From: Escherichia phage PSD2001
Strand: one strand, 5' to 3'
Sequence record: OK254198.1
DNA: 64,000 bases
Shown here one piece after another: positions 42,601-53,070 of the stretch. The notes beneath the pieces were generated by a model. The model saw nothing but the letters and a program-made list of their open reading frames with translations. It was not told the origin of the DNA and did no database searches. The position numbers were made by a program, and so were the translations under genes. The stretch's first letter is position 1. Every line of letters starts with the position of its first letter.

Positions 42601-43653
42601 AACAAGTGGAAAATCACTGCTCCTTCCGCCGGAACGACAATGACTATTGGCGATACGACTAACGTATTGACATTAAACACCGCCTCGGGTAATGTTGCTG
42701 TATTGAACAACCTCAGCGCCGGTAACGATGTTCAAGCCAAAAATAATTACGTTCTAAATGGTCGTACTATTGCAACCACGACGGGTGAAGCTTCTGGCGC
42801 AACTCTGGCTCTGGGTGATAACTCGCAGAATTTAGTGCTTAAAACTCTTGATGCTGGTAATATCATAGCAAACGGTGGCGGTGCATTTAAAGTCCTGACC
42901 GAGAAAAACGCTGTTGAGATTGTAGATAGAAACTTTGTTAACCAAGCCGGTGATACAATGTCTGGTGTGCTCCGTGTGAATGCTCCAGTCCGCGTATTCG
43001 GTACGAAACCAAGTCTTATCGCACAAGCCCCGACCGCAGATACTGTTGGCTTCTGGTCTGTCGATATCAATGATGAACCGACTTACAGCCAGTTCCCTGG
43101 CTACTGGACAATGAAGTTAAAACGTCAGGTAAACATTGATACAGTTCAAACTAAACCTGCTGGGGTAACTGATGAAGTTTGGAATGCTTCTGGTTGGTTA
43201 ACTGAAAACGGAACTTTCGCCTCGCCTGCTATTCGTTATCGTAATGATGACGGCTCGCTCGGTGACGAAGTATTGAGTAGTTCTGGTCAGAAACTGCGCG
43301 GAACCTGGTTTGACTATTCAGTTCGTGATAAACAAATTAAATATCCTGGTACATTGACTCAGTTCGGTAATACGCTGGATTCGTGCTATCAAGATTGGGT
43401 TTGCTATCCAACTGGATTGAACGGTGGTACTATTCGTTATACCCGTACCTGGCAGAAAAATAAATCTGCATGGACGACTTTCGCAATGGTTTACACCGCG
43501 GATAACCCTCCATCTGCAGAGGATGTTGGTGCATTACCGGCTGACAACACAACGATGGGGAACTTAACCATTCTCGATTGGTTGCGTATCGGTAACGTGC
43601 GTATCATCCCAGACCCGACCACTAAATCCGTTAAGTTTGAATGGATTGAATAA
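39697..43653 (+). CDS. 34: long tail fibre proximal subunit gp34
   Basis: 1318 aa (T4 1289); position after rnh. Confidence 0.85.
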   Translation: MADILKPAFRATSGLDAAGEKVINVAKADYSVLSDGVNVDFFIEENTVQQYDATRGYKKNFAVINDNRIWVAQRDIAAPAGAFTPQYWLATRTDPKWETVASPTRQLNSGEFIAVDSAASFTTFTLPPNPVDGDTIVIKDIGGNVGYNEIKIQSSNVPGAGNQKIVRFGNQYPEILITKPFSYNMLIFSNRLWQFWEAGNEERGIRVEPSTGRFHAQAGDFIMRRYTTGAPITFILPKYANQGDIVKSVDIDGMGPTFHLMVETFDTSSSLGKAGQHQMEFRTTGDGFFVYNAAEKLWYVWDGDNKTRLRVIRDSVKLLPNESIIVFGEDNSTPATINIDLPTNVLQGDIVKIALNYLRKSQTVNIRAAVGDKIASDIKLLQFPKRSEYPPDTTWVLVDSLTFNGNISYTPVIELSYAEDTVAGTSYWVVAQNVPTVERVDSLNDSTRARLGVIALANQTQANVDHENNPEKELAITPQTLANRVAKENQRGIARIATTAQVNQNSDFAFVDDVIISPKKLNERTATETRRGLAELATQQETDAGVDDTTIITPKKLQARQGSESLSGIVTYVSTTGTTPAASRELNGTNVYNKNTVNLVVSPKALDQYKATYTQQGAVILAVESEVIAGTSQSGWANAVVTPEMLHRKTALDSRIGLIEIATQVETDAGTDYTRAVTPKTLNDRKASETLTGIAEIATQSEFDTGTDDTRISTPLKIKNRFNNTARTSVNALSGLVETGTLWDHYSLNILEANETQRGTARLATQGEVNTGTDDKTIVTPLKLMSKKATENAEGIVRIATNAEATAGTSKVLAISPSALKYIAQTETTWEASETLRGFVRLSSGAATSAATTTTGAGFTYANGVYTPDPSKLVSYAKSGYAVSPYELNRVLQNFLPINAMAVNAEKLDNLDSTQFIRRDIAQTVEGALTLTKQTNISAPVVSTSTAVFTDVTAGTSTFGTVNVVNGTNKWKITAPSAGTTMTIGDTTNVLTLNTASGNVAVLNNLSAGNDVQAKNNYVLNGRTIATTTGEASGATLALGDNSQNLVLKTLDAGNIIANGGGAFKVLTEKNAVEIVDRNFVNQAGDTMSGVLRVNAPVRVFGTKPSLIAQAPTADTVGFWSVDINDEPTYSQFPGYWTMKLKRQVNIDTVQTKPAGVTDEVWNASGWLTENGTFASPAIRYRNDDGSLGDEVLSSSGQKLRGTWFDYSVRDKQIKYPGTLTQFGNTLDSCYQDWVCYPTGLNGGTIRYTRTWQKNKSAWTTFAMVYTADNPPSAEDVGALPADNTTMGNLTILDWLRIGNVRIIPDPTTKSVKFEWIE

Positions 43654-43661
43654 GAGGTAAT

Positions 43662-44792
43662 ATGGAAAAATTTATGGCAGAGTTTGGACAAGGATACGTC
43701 CAAACGCCAGTTATATCAGAAAATAATGCCGTTAAATTTAAAATGAGTATAGCAGGGAGCTGTACTCTTTCCACGGTGAAATCGTATATCAAATTTCAGG
43801 ATGAACGAATTGGACCAACTACTTTTGGTAATGGTCTGACTCTATTGGAAATTGATACAACTACGAATAAAATTGTTAACACGAAAAACTATTCATTAAC
43901 TAGCACACATGATGCAATCAGTCAGGCATTAATCACCTTTGTGGAATCTGTTCCAGCCGGAAGATTGATTGCTTTTATTTCTTCAGGGAAACTAAACGCA
44001 TCACAGCCATTAATTGATTGGTTCCGTAAATGCGGTTCAAGGGCATTCCCAGATAAATGGCTGATTGATAAAGTTGATACATCATACTCGGCTTTTTACA
44101 TAACCGGCCGGAACGTAATTGTTTCGGAGCATGTTAAGTATAATGACGGGAAGTTAGTTGAGGATGTTTCGACTCCGCTTGAAGTCATTTATGATACCTT
44201 TAGTGATATAGGAGCAACAGGCTATCCTGTGCGCATAACGGAAGACGAGAGCACGTATTCATCAACAGGTGATGGAACATCAACCGCAATTAGAAGGTTC
44301 CCCACAGAGGACCTGGTGACTCCTATGAGCACCTATAACCTTTTACCTTTGGATGTGCTTTACCTGAAGTTTCAGATGTCATTTGACGCCGCACTGAAAG
44401 CTGCCGGGACTGTAAGGACTTCGGTTCGATTCTTTAAAAGTCCTAGCACTTCTCCGATATCAAATACAAACATCGATATTGCGGCAAACGTTCCAGCTGG
44501 TGCATGGGCAAGTTTCGAAAGATATGTCGAGATTCCAGCGGGAGCCGATGGCTTTACAGTAGTAACATCAAGGACTGTAGCTGTGGGAACTGGGTCAATA
44601 CGTAATATTGTTATTGGCGAGATAACCAGAGGCGATTCGGCATTCAAACCAGCTGAATTTGGTGTCAACGGCATAAGGATGTCATATGCAAACGATGCAA
44701 CAAATACAGGCAATACAATTGTAACATTACCAGATGCACAAGCTCCGAGAGCCGGCAAGATATATGCAGCCGAACTACGGGAAAAACAATAG
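43662..44792 (+). CDS. 35: long tail fibre hinge protein gp35
   Basis: 376 aa (T4 372), synteny. Confidence 0.8.
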   Translation: MEKFMAEFGQGYVQTPVISENNAVKFKMSIAGSCTLSTVKSYIKFQDERIGPTTFGNGLTLLEIDTTTNKIVNTKNYSLTSTHDAISQALITFVESVPAGRLIAFISSGKLNASQPLIDWFRKCGSRAFPDKWLIDKVDTSYSAFYITGRNVIVSEHVKYNDGKLVEDVSTPLEVIYDTFSDIGATGYPVRITEDESTYSSTGDGTSTAIRRFPTEDLVTPMSTYNLLPLDVLYLKFQMSFDAALKAAGTVRTSVRFFKSPSTSPISNTNIDIAANVPAGAWASFERYVEIPAGADGFTVVTSRTVAVGTGSIRNIVIGEITRGDSAFKPAEFGVNGIRMSYANDATNTGNTIVTLPDAQAPRAGKIYAAELREKQ

Positions 44793-44813
44793 GACTCTTC
44801 GGAGTCCTTTTTT
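44790..44813 (+). terminator. intrinsic terminator after gene 35
   Basis: Hairpin GGACTC-ttcg-GAGTCC followed by TTTTTT. Confidence 0.7.
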
Positions 44814-44816
44814 CGT

Positions 44817-44824
44817 TATAAATA
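44817..44824 (+). promoter_or_regulatory. late promoter TATAAATA for genes 36-37-38
   Basis: TATAAATA ~35 nt upstream of the gene 36 ATG. Confidence 0.55.
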
Positions 44825-44859
44825 CAAAATATCATATGCCGGTTGAAGAGGACTTATAA

Positions 44860-45507
44860 ATGGCAGATTTAAAACTAGGCTCAACAGCCGGAGGTTCGGT
44901 CCTCTGGCACCAGGGTAATTTCCCATTAACACCAGTCAGTAATGACTTATATTTCAAAACTTATAAAATTTATTCCGAATATAACAAGCCACAAGCCGTC
45001 GATAACGATTTCGTTTCTAAAGCTCTTGGCGGTAATTATAAAGCAAATGTATATTTCGAACAAGGCCTGACATTTAACGATTCAAATGGTTACGGGATTA
45101 AGTTGGGAGCGAGAACGGGCGGTGTACCATTTACCGCATCTTTCCGTATTAAGGGGCCGTTTGGATTTGAGACTGAAACGGGAACACCATTCGTTATTTT
45201 TGACCCTGACACTACAACAAGAGCAAAACGTCTTACTGTTATGGGTGATACGTTAGCTCGACAAATTTATGATGAAACAGGTCGTGTATTTTCTCCAGGG
45301 AATACTCCGTCAAAAGCTCAAGTTGGTCTTGGTAATGTAACTAACCAGCAACAGGTGGAACTAAATAATAGTACATTGCAAACAATGACAGGTAACTTGT
45401 CAGCACCTAATTTCTTCTCTAGGAACCCTGCATCAGACCCGGCCCATGTGCCTCGTTTTGACCAAATCGTTCTTAAAGACTCCGTACAAGATTTTGGATA
45501 TTATTAA
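44860..45507 (+). CDS. 36: long tail fibre distal connector gp36
   Basis: 215 aa (T4 221), synteny. Confidence 0.8.
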   Translation: MADLKLGSTAGGSVLWHQGNFPLTPVSNDLYFKTYKIYSEYNKPQAVDNDFVSKALGGNYKANVYFEQGLTFNDSNGYGIKLGARTGGVPFTASFRIKGPFGFETETGTPFVIFDPDTTTRAKRLTVMGDTLARQIYDETGRVFSPGNTPSKAQVGLGNVTNQQQVELNNSTLQTMTGNLSAPNFFSRNPASDPAHVPRFDQIVLKDSVQDFGYY

Positions 45508-45515
45508 GAGGCATT

Positions 45516-48500
45516 ATGGCTACTTTAAAACAAATACAATTTAAAAGAAGTAAGGTTGCCGGCGTTCGCCCGGCGCCAACAGTTCTTGCTGAAGGTGAAC
45601 TGGCTATCAACCTGAAAGACCGCTTACTTTTTACTAAAGATGACACCGGCGCCATCATCGACCTTGGCTTTGCCAAAGGTGGTAATATCGACGGAAACGT
45701 TATTCATAACGGTAACTACAATCAAACCGGTGATTATACCCTAAATGGTACCTTTACCCAAACAGGTGATTTTAATTTAACCGGTATTGCTCGTGTAACT
45801 CGTGATATTATTGCTGCAGGTCAGATAATGACTGAAGGCGGAGAACTTATTTCTAAGAGTGCTTCAACTTCTCATTTGAGATTCTTTGATGGTGCATCAC
45901 GTGAACGTGGTATTATCTTTTCTCCTAATAATGCAGGTTTGACAACTCAGGTAGTTAATATCCGCGTTCAAGATTATGCCGCTGATAGCGAAAGCATTTA
46001 TGCGTTTTCAGGCAACGGTGTATTTTCTTCACCTGAAGTATCGGCACGGAAATCTATTTCATCCCCACAAATTCTGACCGATAAAGTTATTACAGATGGG
46101 AAGAAGACGGGCGATTATGATATATCTTCATTAGCAAATAATAATTCTGACACGGATAAAAACTATTTGCGCATTGTACGTACCGACCCAGCGTCTGCAA
46201 TACTTCATGAAATTTGCGAAAATAACGGCATAAGTTGGTATTCAGGTTCGACTCCAACTGAGTATATGTTGTCATTTTCTTATTCCGGTGGGGTGCAGGC
46301 AGGACATTCTATTGCAGTAGGTATGGAATCAGGCCCGATGGTTGGTTCTGCCTTAGGTAAAGGTTCAATTGCCCTCGGTGATAATGATACCGGATTTAAA
46401 TGGCATCAAGATGGGTATTTTTTTAGCGTTAATAACGGCACAAAAACTTTCCTTTCTGGCCCGGCGGAAACCACCAGTCTTAGAAAAATGGTTATGGGTT
46501 ATTCTGTAAACGGTACCGATTTAACCACTCCTCCGGTGGAAAATTATGCTTTGGCTACTGTTGTCACTTATCATGATAATAACGCGTTTGGAGATGGTCA
46601 GACTCTTTTGGGTTATTATCAAGGTGGTAATTATCACCACTATTTCCGCGGTAAGGGTACTACAAACGTTAACACTGCTGGCGGTTTGTTAGTTACTCCT
46701 GGCAATATTGATGTTGTTGGTGGTTCTGTTAATATTGATGGCCGAAATAACAACTCAGTTTTGCTTTTTAAAGGTTATACCACTGGTCAGAGCTCTGTTG
46801 ATAATATGTCTATTGCCGTATGGGGTAACACCTTTAATACAGTAGATGGCATCCGTAAAAACGTGATGGAAATTTCTGATGCAACTAGTTGGATGCATTA
46901 TATTCAACGAACAACTGCAGGTAAAGTCGAATCTGTTATAAATGGCACCCAGATTGTTAATGAAAACTTGACAGTAGTAAAAAATGCTACATTTGACGGT
47001 ACAATCAGCGCAGCCGGTGAAATCGCGACAAATGCTGTAAATGGTCTTCGTATTTGGAACAATGATTACGGTGCCATTTTTAGACGTTCAGAAGGAAGTC
47101 TTCATATTATTCCTACAGCATTTGGCGAAGGACAGAATGGTGATATCGGCCCACTTCGTCCATTTAGTATATCTTTAGATACAGGTAAGGTTGTTATTCC
47201 TGACTTGGATTTGAGTTATGCTTCTTTTGCAGCAAACGGCTATATTAAATTCGGTGGGCATGGCGCTGGTGCAGGCGGTTACGATATTCAATATGCACAA
47301 GCAGCTCCTGTTTTCCAAGAAATTGATGATGACGCGGTAAGTAAATATTATCCTATTGTTAAGCAGAAATTCTTACAAGGAAAAGCTGTTTGGTCTTTAG
47401 GTACTGAAATTAATTCCGGGACTTTTGTTTTGCATCATTACAAAGAAGACGGGACCCAAGGTCATACATCAAGATTTAATGCCGATGGTACAGTTAACTT
47501 CCCGGATAACGTCCAAGTTGGTGGTGGTGAAGCTACTATTGCTAAAAATGGCAATATTTTCTCTGATATTTGGAAAACATTTACTTCAGCTGGCGATGTA
47601 ACTAATATTCGAGACGCTATTGCCACCCGTGTTGCTAAAGAAGGCGATACAATGACCGGCAAATTAATCGTTAAAAGAGACTCCGACGCTATTAATATTG
47701 CTGCTGGTGATGAAACTGATTCTGGCTATTTACTTGGAACAGCAGGTGGAGTAAATTCTTGGTACGTTGGTAAAGGTGGAGCAGATGACAGTGTTTCATT
47801 TTATAATTTCAAAACTACCGCAGGAATTACTCTTAATAGTGTAGGTGATATTGATTTTAATGTTAAAAATCAAGCTACTGCAGCTTCATTAAATTTTTAT
47901 CGCTTATATTTAAATGGAAGACAGTGGGTTGCTACACAAGGTCACGGTTATGGAAACCAATGGCAAACAGAAGCTCCTTATTTCGTCGACTTCGGTGAAT
48001 CTGTTCCTAAAGATAGTTATATGCCAATTATCAAAGGAAAAAGCACTCTAATTACCGATGGATATTCTACTAAAGCAGACTTCGGTATTATTCGATTGGG
48101 TGGAGCTGCTACTTGGGGTTCTGCTGTTATTCGTGTGGGTTCTGCTGAAAGTGGCGATGCAAGTCACCCTAATGCTATATTCGTTTTTGGGGCCGACGGC
48201 ACCTTAACCGCTCCCAATGCTTTGAATGCCTCAGGTCGAATGGGCATTGGTACAGCATGTACATTACCAAATGCTTCTCTTGCCATAGGTGATAACGATA
48301 CAGGCTTTGCCACTAGAGGCGACGGAAGCCTAGGAGCCTATGCCAACGGTCAGAGTGTGTTCTTCTGGGAATTTAACGGTATTACGACCGAGCAAAATAA
48401 GTTTTTAAACGTTAATGCCGGTATGTATGTTCGTGATAATATTGACGTTAATGACGTTTATATTCGTTCTGATATCCGTTGTAAGTCAGAAATTAAGCTT

Positions 48501-48785
48501 ATTGATAACGCCCAAGAGAAATCCAAACTCTTAGGTGGTTACACTTATTTGCTTAAAAACTCCGTTACTGATGAAGTTAAACCCTCTGCTGGTTTGATTG
48601 CACAGGAAGTTCAAGAAGTATTGCCTGAACTTGTGACTGAAGATAAAGAGACTGGCTTACTTCGTTTGAATTATAACGGTATTATCGGTTTAAATACTGC
48701 TACTATCAACGAGCATACTGACGAAATCAAGGAATTGAAATCTGAAATTGCTGAATTGAAAGCATTAATTAAATCATTATTATAA
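45516..48785 (+). CDS. 37: long tail fibre distal subunit gp37 with C-terminal chaperone-like domain
   Basis: 1089 aa; last ~105 aa (from SDIRCK at ~48468) resemble a tail-fibre intramolecular chaperone domain. Confidence 0.85.
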   Translation: MATLKQIQFKRSKVAGVRPAPTVLAEGELAINLKDRLLFTKDDTGAIIDLGFAKGGNIDGNVIHNGNYNQTGDYTLNGTFTQTGDFNLTGIARVTRDIIAAGQIMTEGGELISKSASTSHLRFFDGASRERGIIFSPNNAGLTTQVVNIRVQDYAADSESIYAFSGNGVFSSPEVSARKSISSPQILTDKVITDGKKTGDYDISSLANNNSDTDKNYLRIVRTDPASAILHEICENNGISWYSGSTPTEYMLSFSYSGGVQAGHSIAVGMESGPMVGSALGKGSIALGDNDTGFKWHQDGYFFSVNNGTKTFLSGPAETTSLRKMVMGYSVNGTDLTTPPVENYALATVVTYHDNNAFGDGQTLLGYYQGGNYHHYFRGKGTTNVNTAGGLLVTPGNIDVVGGSVNIDGRNNNSVLLFKGYTTGQSSVDNMSIAVWGNTFNTVDGIRKNVMEISDATSWMHYIQRTTAGKVESVINGTQIVNENLTVVKNATFDGTISAAGEIATNAVNGLRIWNNDYGAIFRRSEGSLHIIPTAFGEGQNGDIGPLRPFSISLDTGKVVIPDLDLSYASFAANGYIKFGGHGAGAGGYDIQYAQAAPVFQEIDDDAVSKYYPIVKQKFLQGKAVWSLGTEINSGTFVLHHYKEDGTQGHTSRFNADGTVNFPDNVQVGGGEATIAKNGNIFSDIWKTFTSAGDVTNIRDAIATRVAKEGDTMTGKLIVKRDSDAINIAAGDETDSGYLLGTAGGVNSWYVGKGGADDSVSFYNFKTTAGITLNSVGDIDFNVKNQATAASLNFYRLYLNGRQWVATQGHGYGNQWQTEAPYFVDFGESVPKDSYMPIIKGKSTLITDGYSTKADFGIIRLGGAATWGSAVIRVGSAESGDASHPNAIFVFGADGTLTAPNALNASGRMGIGTACTLPNASLAIGDNDTGFATRGDGSLGAYANGQSVFFWEFNGITTEQNKFLNVNAGMYVRDNIDVNDVYIRSDIRCKSEIKLIDNAQEKSKLLGGYTYLLKNSVTDEVKPSAGLIAQEVQEVLPELVTEDKETGLLRLNYNGIIGLNTATINEHTDEIKELKSEIAELKALIKSLL

Positions 48786-48812
48786 GAAAGGGCCTTCGGG
48801 CCCTGGAGGTTT
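48786..48812 (+). terminator. stem-loop / weak terminator between 37 and 38
   Basis: Hairpin GGGCC-ttcg-GGCCC, then GGAGG RBS and T-run before the gene 38 ATG. Confidence 0.4.
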
Positions 48813-48814
48813 TT

Positions 48815-49600
48815 ATGGCAGTAGTAGGAATACCTGGTTGGATTGGAACATCAGCAGTGGCCGAAACAGGTCAACGTTGGATGTCTGCAGCTTCTAGAGA
48901 ATTGCGTCTAGGGAACCCATCTTGGATGTCGCAATTTGCTGGTCGGTCAAGAGAAATTATTCACACAGTAAGTGAAAACCATAACTTTAACGGTCAATGG
49001 TTCCGCGACCGTTGCTTTGAAGCTGGCGCTGCCCCTATTGTGTTTAATATCGTCGGGAATATTGTATCTTATACTCGTGATGTTCCGTTGTTCTTTATGT
49101 ATGGCGATACACCTAATGAATACGTTACTTTGAATATCCACGGCGGTGTTCATATGTGGGGACGTGGTGGGAATGGCTGGGCAGCAGGGGCGATAAATGC
49201 CTCAAACGGCGGGGATGTTATACAAAATGATATTGGGGGTCGATTACGTATATGGAACTATGGTGTCATTGCTTCAGGTGGCGGCGGTGGCGGTGGATAT
49301 TCAATGGCCAACAACTGGGCTGGTAAGTATGTGGCCGGTGGTGGTGGTGGTCGTCCATATGGTTTAGGCGGTACTAATGGTGCCGCTTGGCCCGGTGGTA
49401 ATGCTTCTTATGAAAGTCCAGGAGCTGGTGGTAATACAGGGCAATATTGGGCCGGTGCAGGTGGCGATGCTGGTGCCCCTGGTCAGGCTGCAAATCCTGG
49501 TCATGGTTATTCTACCCCTCCTATGGCCGCCGGACGCGCGGTGTTCGGAAGTTCTCCTGCTTGGGGGGCAACGGGCACTATCTATGGCTCATGGTTATAG
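48815..49600 (+). CDS. 38: gp38 tail fibre adhesin, T2-type (glycine-rich)
   Basis: 261 aa; C-terminal half with repeated poly-Gly blocks ([32 protein letters not shown]) separated by short variable segments. Confidence 0.8.
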   Translation: MAVVGIPGWIGTSAVAETGQRWMSAASRELRLGNPSWMSQFAGRSREIIHTVSENHNFNGQWFRDRCFEAGAAPIVFNIVGNIVSYTRDVPLFFMYGDTPNEYVTLNIHGGVHMWGRGGNGWAAGAINASNGGDVIQNDIGGRLRIWNYGVIASGGGGGGGYSMANNWAGKYVAGGGGGRPYGLGGTNGAAWPGGNASYESPGAGGNTGQYWAGAGGDAGAPGQAANPGHGYSTPPMAAGRAVFGSSPAWGATGTIYGSWL

Positions 49601-49611
49601 TACATAAGCGC

Positions 49612-49619
49612 TATAAATA
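49612..49619 (+). promoter_or_regulatory. late promoter TATAAATA for holin gene t
   Basis: TATAAATA ~18 nt upstream of the t ATG, with AAGGAG RBS. Confidence 0.55.
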
Positions 49620-49637
49620 TCTTTAAAGGAGAAAAGT

Positions 49638-50291
49638 ATGGAACCAAAAGTAGGAATATCAATACCCGACCTACTTTTTGGACTTCTTGATAGAATTTTT
49701 AAAGATAATGCGACCGGGAAAGTTGTTTTTTCCAGGGTACTAGTTATTGTTCTATTATTTTTAATGGCGGTAATCTGGTATAAAGGTGATGCACTTTTAG
49801 ATGCGTACAGGGATGCTTCATATGCCTCATACACTGAAATGATAAGGCAAGACCAGGATAACAGATTTAAAATTGCAGCTATCGAGCAAATCCAGATAGT
49901 CCACTCGTCAAGTGGGGCAGACTTTACAGCAATATATTCTTTTAGACCAACTAACCTTAACTACTTTGTGGATATGGTGGGATACGAGGGGATATTGCCT
50001 GATACAGTCGACGAAAAAAATTTAGGTGGGTTTCCAATAGATAAAACTTCGGCGGAATATTTGGCGGGGGTTAATGGTAATTATTTTGAATCCAGTACGG
50101 AATCTGTATTCTTACCAACAAAGAAAAAAAGCAGCTTCACATATATGTTCAGCTGCCCATTCTTTAATTTGGAAAACGTTTATGCAGGTACAGTCTCACT
50201 GTACTGGTATAAGCAAAAACCTAACCTTGGTTTTGATAGGCTTTCTGCTATGTGTGGACAAGCAGGTCGTACGCTCGGGCGTACACGTTAG
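49638..50291 (+). CDS. t: holin T
   Basis: 217 aa; strong similarity to remembered T4 T (LFG.LDR.FKDNATGKV, one TM helix, YSFRP.NLNYFVD). Confidence 0.9.
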   Translation: MEPKVGISIPDLLFGLLDRIFKDNATGKVVFSRVLVIVLLFLMAVIWYKGDALLDAYRDASYASYTEMIRQDQDNRFKIAAIEQIQIVHSSSGADFTAIYSFRPTNLNYFVDMVGYEGILPDTVDEKNLGGFPIDKTSAEYLAGVNGNYFESSTESVFLPTKKKSSFTYMFSCPFFNLENVYAGTVSLYWYKQKPNLGFDRLSAMCGQAGRTLGRTR

Positions 50292-50563
50292 AATCCGGAG
50301 GTATACATCATAAGATAACGGTGTATATCTTCGAATCCTTCGTTAAATTGTTCAATGATTTGTTCAATTTCATCTTCAGATAAACTTTTAAACAATTTGT
50401 TAAACGATACATTGTTTAACTCATTCCCATTCTCATTTCTCAATCCCAACTCATTCAAAAACGCGATAAACACATCACGCTTCATCGTAATATCTTCCCG
50501 GTCGGTTTTAATCAAAATTGAAGTTACAGTAACAATTTCAGAAACGATTTCAAATTTAGTCAT
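50288..50563 (-). CDS. asiA: anti-sigma70 factor AsiA
   Basis: 91 aa; similar to remembered T4 AsiA (SILIK..REDI, FIAFLNE.G, FNEGFE...RYL.MYT). Confidence 0.85.
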   Translation of the reverse strand: MTKFEIVSEIVTVTSILIKTDREDITMKRDVFIAFLNELGLRNENGNELNNVSFNKLFKSLSEDEIEQIIEQFNEGFEDIHRYLMMYTSGF

Positions 50564-50621
50564 TTTAATTTACTCAAGTATTCAATAAGACATTCAATTA
50601 TTCAGTAAGGATATTGTACTA

Positions 50622-50786
50622 TTATTCCTCTGGGTTGTACACATGATTTTCCATCTGTACAACATATTCCTGATACATCTGTTCAACCGGTTCCTGGAAC
50701 TTAAAATCAGTCCCAAGGAATTCATCAAAGCAAGTCTGTTCGCGTGTGCGTTGCCCAGTGATGGTGTTCTCTAAGTTATGACTCAT
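50622..50786 (-). CDS. ~54 aa hypothetical protein
   Basis: Hand-translated MSHNLENTITGQRTREQTCFDEF...; GAGGAG RBS; below track cut-off; coordinates approximate. Confidence 0.3.
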   Translation of the reverse strand: MSHNLENTITGQRTREQTCFDEFLGTDFKFQEPVEQMYQEYVVQMENHVYNPEE

Positions 50787-50796
50787 AGTTTACTCC

Positions 50797-51078
50797 TCAA
50801 TCAATATAATCTTCTAAACCAAAATCATCAATTTCTTCTTGAATTTCTCTTAATACTTGTTCTTCATCTAGACCAGGACCAAAAATCACTTTAGCGTAGC
50901 CAGGTCGTTCACTAGAGAATCGAATTGTATATTCCGGTTGAATATAGCCAAAGCTGCTATCCAAATCACAAAGAATTTCTGCATAGATTTCGGCTGGAAC
51001 TGAAGCATGGATTTTAAAAAGCTCATCAATAAGAATAACCAATTCAGTTGCTTGATATGTATGGAGTTTAGTAATCAT
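50797..51078 (-). CDS. arn: Arn-like acidic protein (positional)
   Basis: 93 aa acidic ORF between asiA and motA (T4 Arn 92 aa); no sequence-level confirmation. Confidence 0.4.
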   Translation of the reverse strand: MITKLHTYQATELVILIDELFKIHASVPAEIYAEILCDLDSSFGYIQPEYTIRFSSERPGYAKVIFGPGLDEEQVLREIQEEIDDFGLEDYID

Positions 51079-51187
51079 AGCCTTTACCCTTGTGCTTCTG
51101 CTTGCGTTTGGACTGCATTTCAGTTTTCTTCTTATCCTTATGGACAGACGCCTTATTGAAATCGTGTTTAGCTACCAGGTTGTTCAT
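51068..51187 (-). CDS. 39 aa lysine-rich peptide
   Basis: Hand-translated MNNLVAKHDFNKASVHKDKKKTEMQSKRKQKHKGKGYDY; AAGGA RBS; overlaps the arn-like start. Confidence 0.3.
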   Translation of the reverse strand: MNNLVAKHDFNKASVHKDKKKTEMQSKRKQKHKGKGYDY

Positions 51188-51446
51188 GTAATTTCCTTAA
51201 TTGGTATTCAAGAGAGCTAATAATTTCTTTATTAGTCGCAATATACATATCACGCAGGAAGGGCTTCAGGCCTTCCCTAACTCTATATGTGTTATCACTA
51301 ATATCCTTTATATATTCATGGTCTAAAGCATCCCAACCTGGCTGGTTAACATAAGTTCCCCAGTTGTCTTCCATCATAGTATTCAGATGTTTGATATGAT
51401 TAATATGGTTTTCAATCGCATCAATTTGGAGTTGTTTAAGGTTCAT
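51168..51446 (-). CDS. hypothetical protein (arn.x)
   Basis: 92 aa track ORF. Confidence 0.5.
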   Translation of the reverse strand: MNLKQLQIDAIENHINHIKHLNTMMEDNWGTYVNQPGWDALDHEYIKDISDNTYRVREGLKPFLRDMYIATNKEIISSLEYQLRKLHEQPGS

Positions 51447-51907
51447 TAGTAAAGGTCCTCTGAATAAAGTTCTTTCTCACTACCGCCACGTTCAATACGC
51501 ACCTGATTTGCATAAGTCGCAATAATCATTGCTTCTTCGCGGGTCCAGTAATTGCTGTATTGGTCAATAAACCCTTGGTTATCACCGCAAACATGGTCTG
51601 ACACAAGTTTATCACTTACCTGGTCAAGCACTTCTGCCATATCTTTTGAATAATGTCTGGCACCAGGAATAACCAGAGTCCCACCATCTTTTAACTTAAA
51701 GCGGTTGGCTGCGCACACAATCCTGCGCTGATATTTTTCATTGTTGTTCCAATGAGCAATCTGCCAACAGATTTCAGGAACTTCCTTTAGAATATCTTCT
51801 TCTGTGCATTTATAACCATGTGCTTTAAATTTTTCAGCAAGACTTTCTGGAGTCTCACGAGATAAAGGAACATTCAGCATTTTTAAACGATTAATAAATG
51901 GGTTCAT
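51446..51907 (-). CDS. hypothetical protein (arn.x)
   Basis: 153 aa track ORF. Confidence 0.5.
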   Translation of the reverse strand: MNPFINRLKMLNVPLSRETPESLAEKFKAHGYKCTEEDILKEVPEICWQIAHWNNNEKYQRRIVCAANRFKLKDGGTLVIPGARHYSKDMAEVLDQVSDKLVSDHVCGDNQGFIDQYSNYWTREEAMIIATYANQVRIERGGSEKELYSEDLY

Positions 51908-52236
51908 TTAAACCATCCTTTAACACGTTGCCACAGACTTTTCTGTTGAGCTTTATTAACACCAATTGAGCGAATAACTGGTTGTGATTCCAGGTATTCT
52001 TTATAGTCAGCTTTATAGACTTCATATGCTGCTGGAACAAAGGCACCAATCGCCGCCATGAAGTTCTTGCGAGCACCAAATGGAGCTACTGCATCATCCT
52101 GGCGATGGATAAGATACTGACCAGCTTTGACCTTGACAATAGTCCCAAGGTAAGCGCCATGATACCAAACATCCCAACCCTCTTGAGTAGGTTCTACGCA
52201 AGCACGCAATTCATTAACAATATTCAGCTTATTCAT
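51904..52236 (-). CDS. hypothetical protein (arn.x)
   Basis: 110 aa track ORF. Confidence 0.5.
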   Translation of the reverse strand: MNKLNIVNELRACVEPTQEGWDVWYHGAYLGTIVKVKAGQYLIHRQDDAVAPFGARKNFMAAIGAFVPAAYEVYKADYKEYLESQPVIRSIGVNKAQQKSLWQRVKGWFK

Positions 52237-52243
52237 AATTTCC

Positions 52244-52852
52244 TCACTTTAAGATGTTAATAACATGTTGAATGTTTTCAGTTGACATATGATTGTCAAT
52301 GTAGGTATTCAATCCACCTACTTTAACGCTAAATCCCACGTCTGTAAACTGTTTTACTATCTTTTGTTCAGTATTATACGCATGCACGCGAATCTGACCA
52401 TCACGACGTACATCAATCTGTTTTAATGTCTTGACACGCTTGAACTTCACAATCAGATTGCTGCGGTCTTCTGAAATGCTCTTAAAGTCAATACCAATAG
52501 ACAACAATTGCTCTTTGATATATTCTGCAGTCGCTTCCATTTCATCAGTCACACCGCGTTTTGTTCTTGTCTTCTTCACTTCCAGAAGGTCAGGATTATT
52601 TTCATTCGCCCAAAGTTCAGCTGCATCCAGAATAAGGTCAACGCCTTTTTCTGTAACCATCAAACCATCACCAGAAGCTTCAACATAGTTGTTATTCAAC
52701 AATGTCTGCACACTATCAATTGATGTGTTCTGCTGGTCTAAAACAACCTCTGGACTCACGAAGTTGTTTTTGTATACAAACACCAGAGCATTGACATCAG
52801 TCTCATGCAGCGCGTTCTGGGAGCATTTAACGATATAATTTAACTTGTTCAC
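52244..52852 (-). CDS. motA: middle transcription activator MotA
   Basis: 202 aa; similar to remembered T4 MotA (SGDGL, QKFTD.G.S.K, ENI..VI); start appears to be GTG. Confidence 0.8.
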   Translation of the reverse strand: MNKLNYIVKCSQNALHETDVNALVFVYKNNFVSPEVVLDQQNTSIDSVQTLLNNNYVEASGDGLMVTEKGVDLILDAAELWANENNPDLLEVKKTRTKRGVTDEMEATAEYIKEQLLSIGIDFKSISEDRSNLIVKFKRVKTLKQIDVRRDGQIRVHAYNTEQKIVKQFTDVGFSVKVGGLNTYIDNHMSTENIQHVINILK

Positions 52853-52854
52853 AA

Positions 52855-53070
52855 TTATCCCTTAATAGATTTCATGTAATTTGATGCATATGATTGTACC
52901 ACAGTACGTTTCATATGGGAAGTAGAAACAATCACATCAATTGCTTGTTTACGTTCTTCTTTAGAGTTTGCCAGTTTGAACATGTCAAAGTAGTAGTAGC
53001 AAGCTTCTTTGTTAGATTTGAATTTGATGTTGATGTATTCTTGACCTTCATTCTGTTGTGCAGTAAACAT
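52855..53070 (-). CDS. hypothetical protein (motA.1 position)
   Basis: Trimmed to MFTAQQ, preceded by conserved CTGGAGAATAAAATG. Confidence 0.5.
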   Translation of the reverse strand: MFTAQQNEGQEYINIKFKSNKEACYYYFDMFKLANSKEERKQAIDVIVSTSHMKRTVVQSYASNYMKSIKG

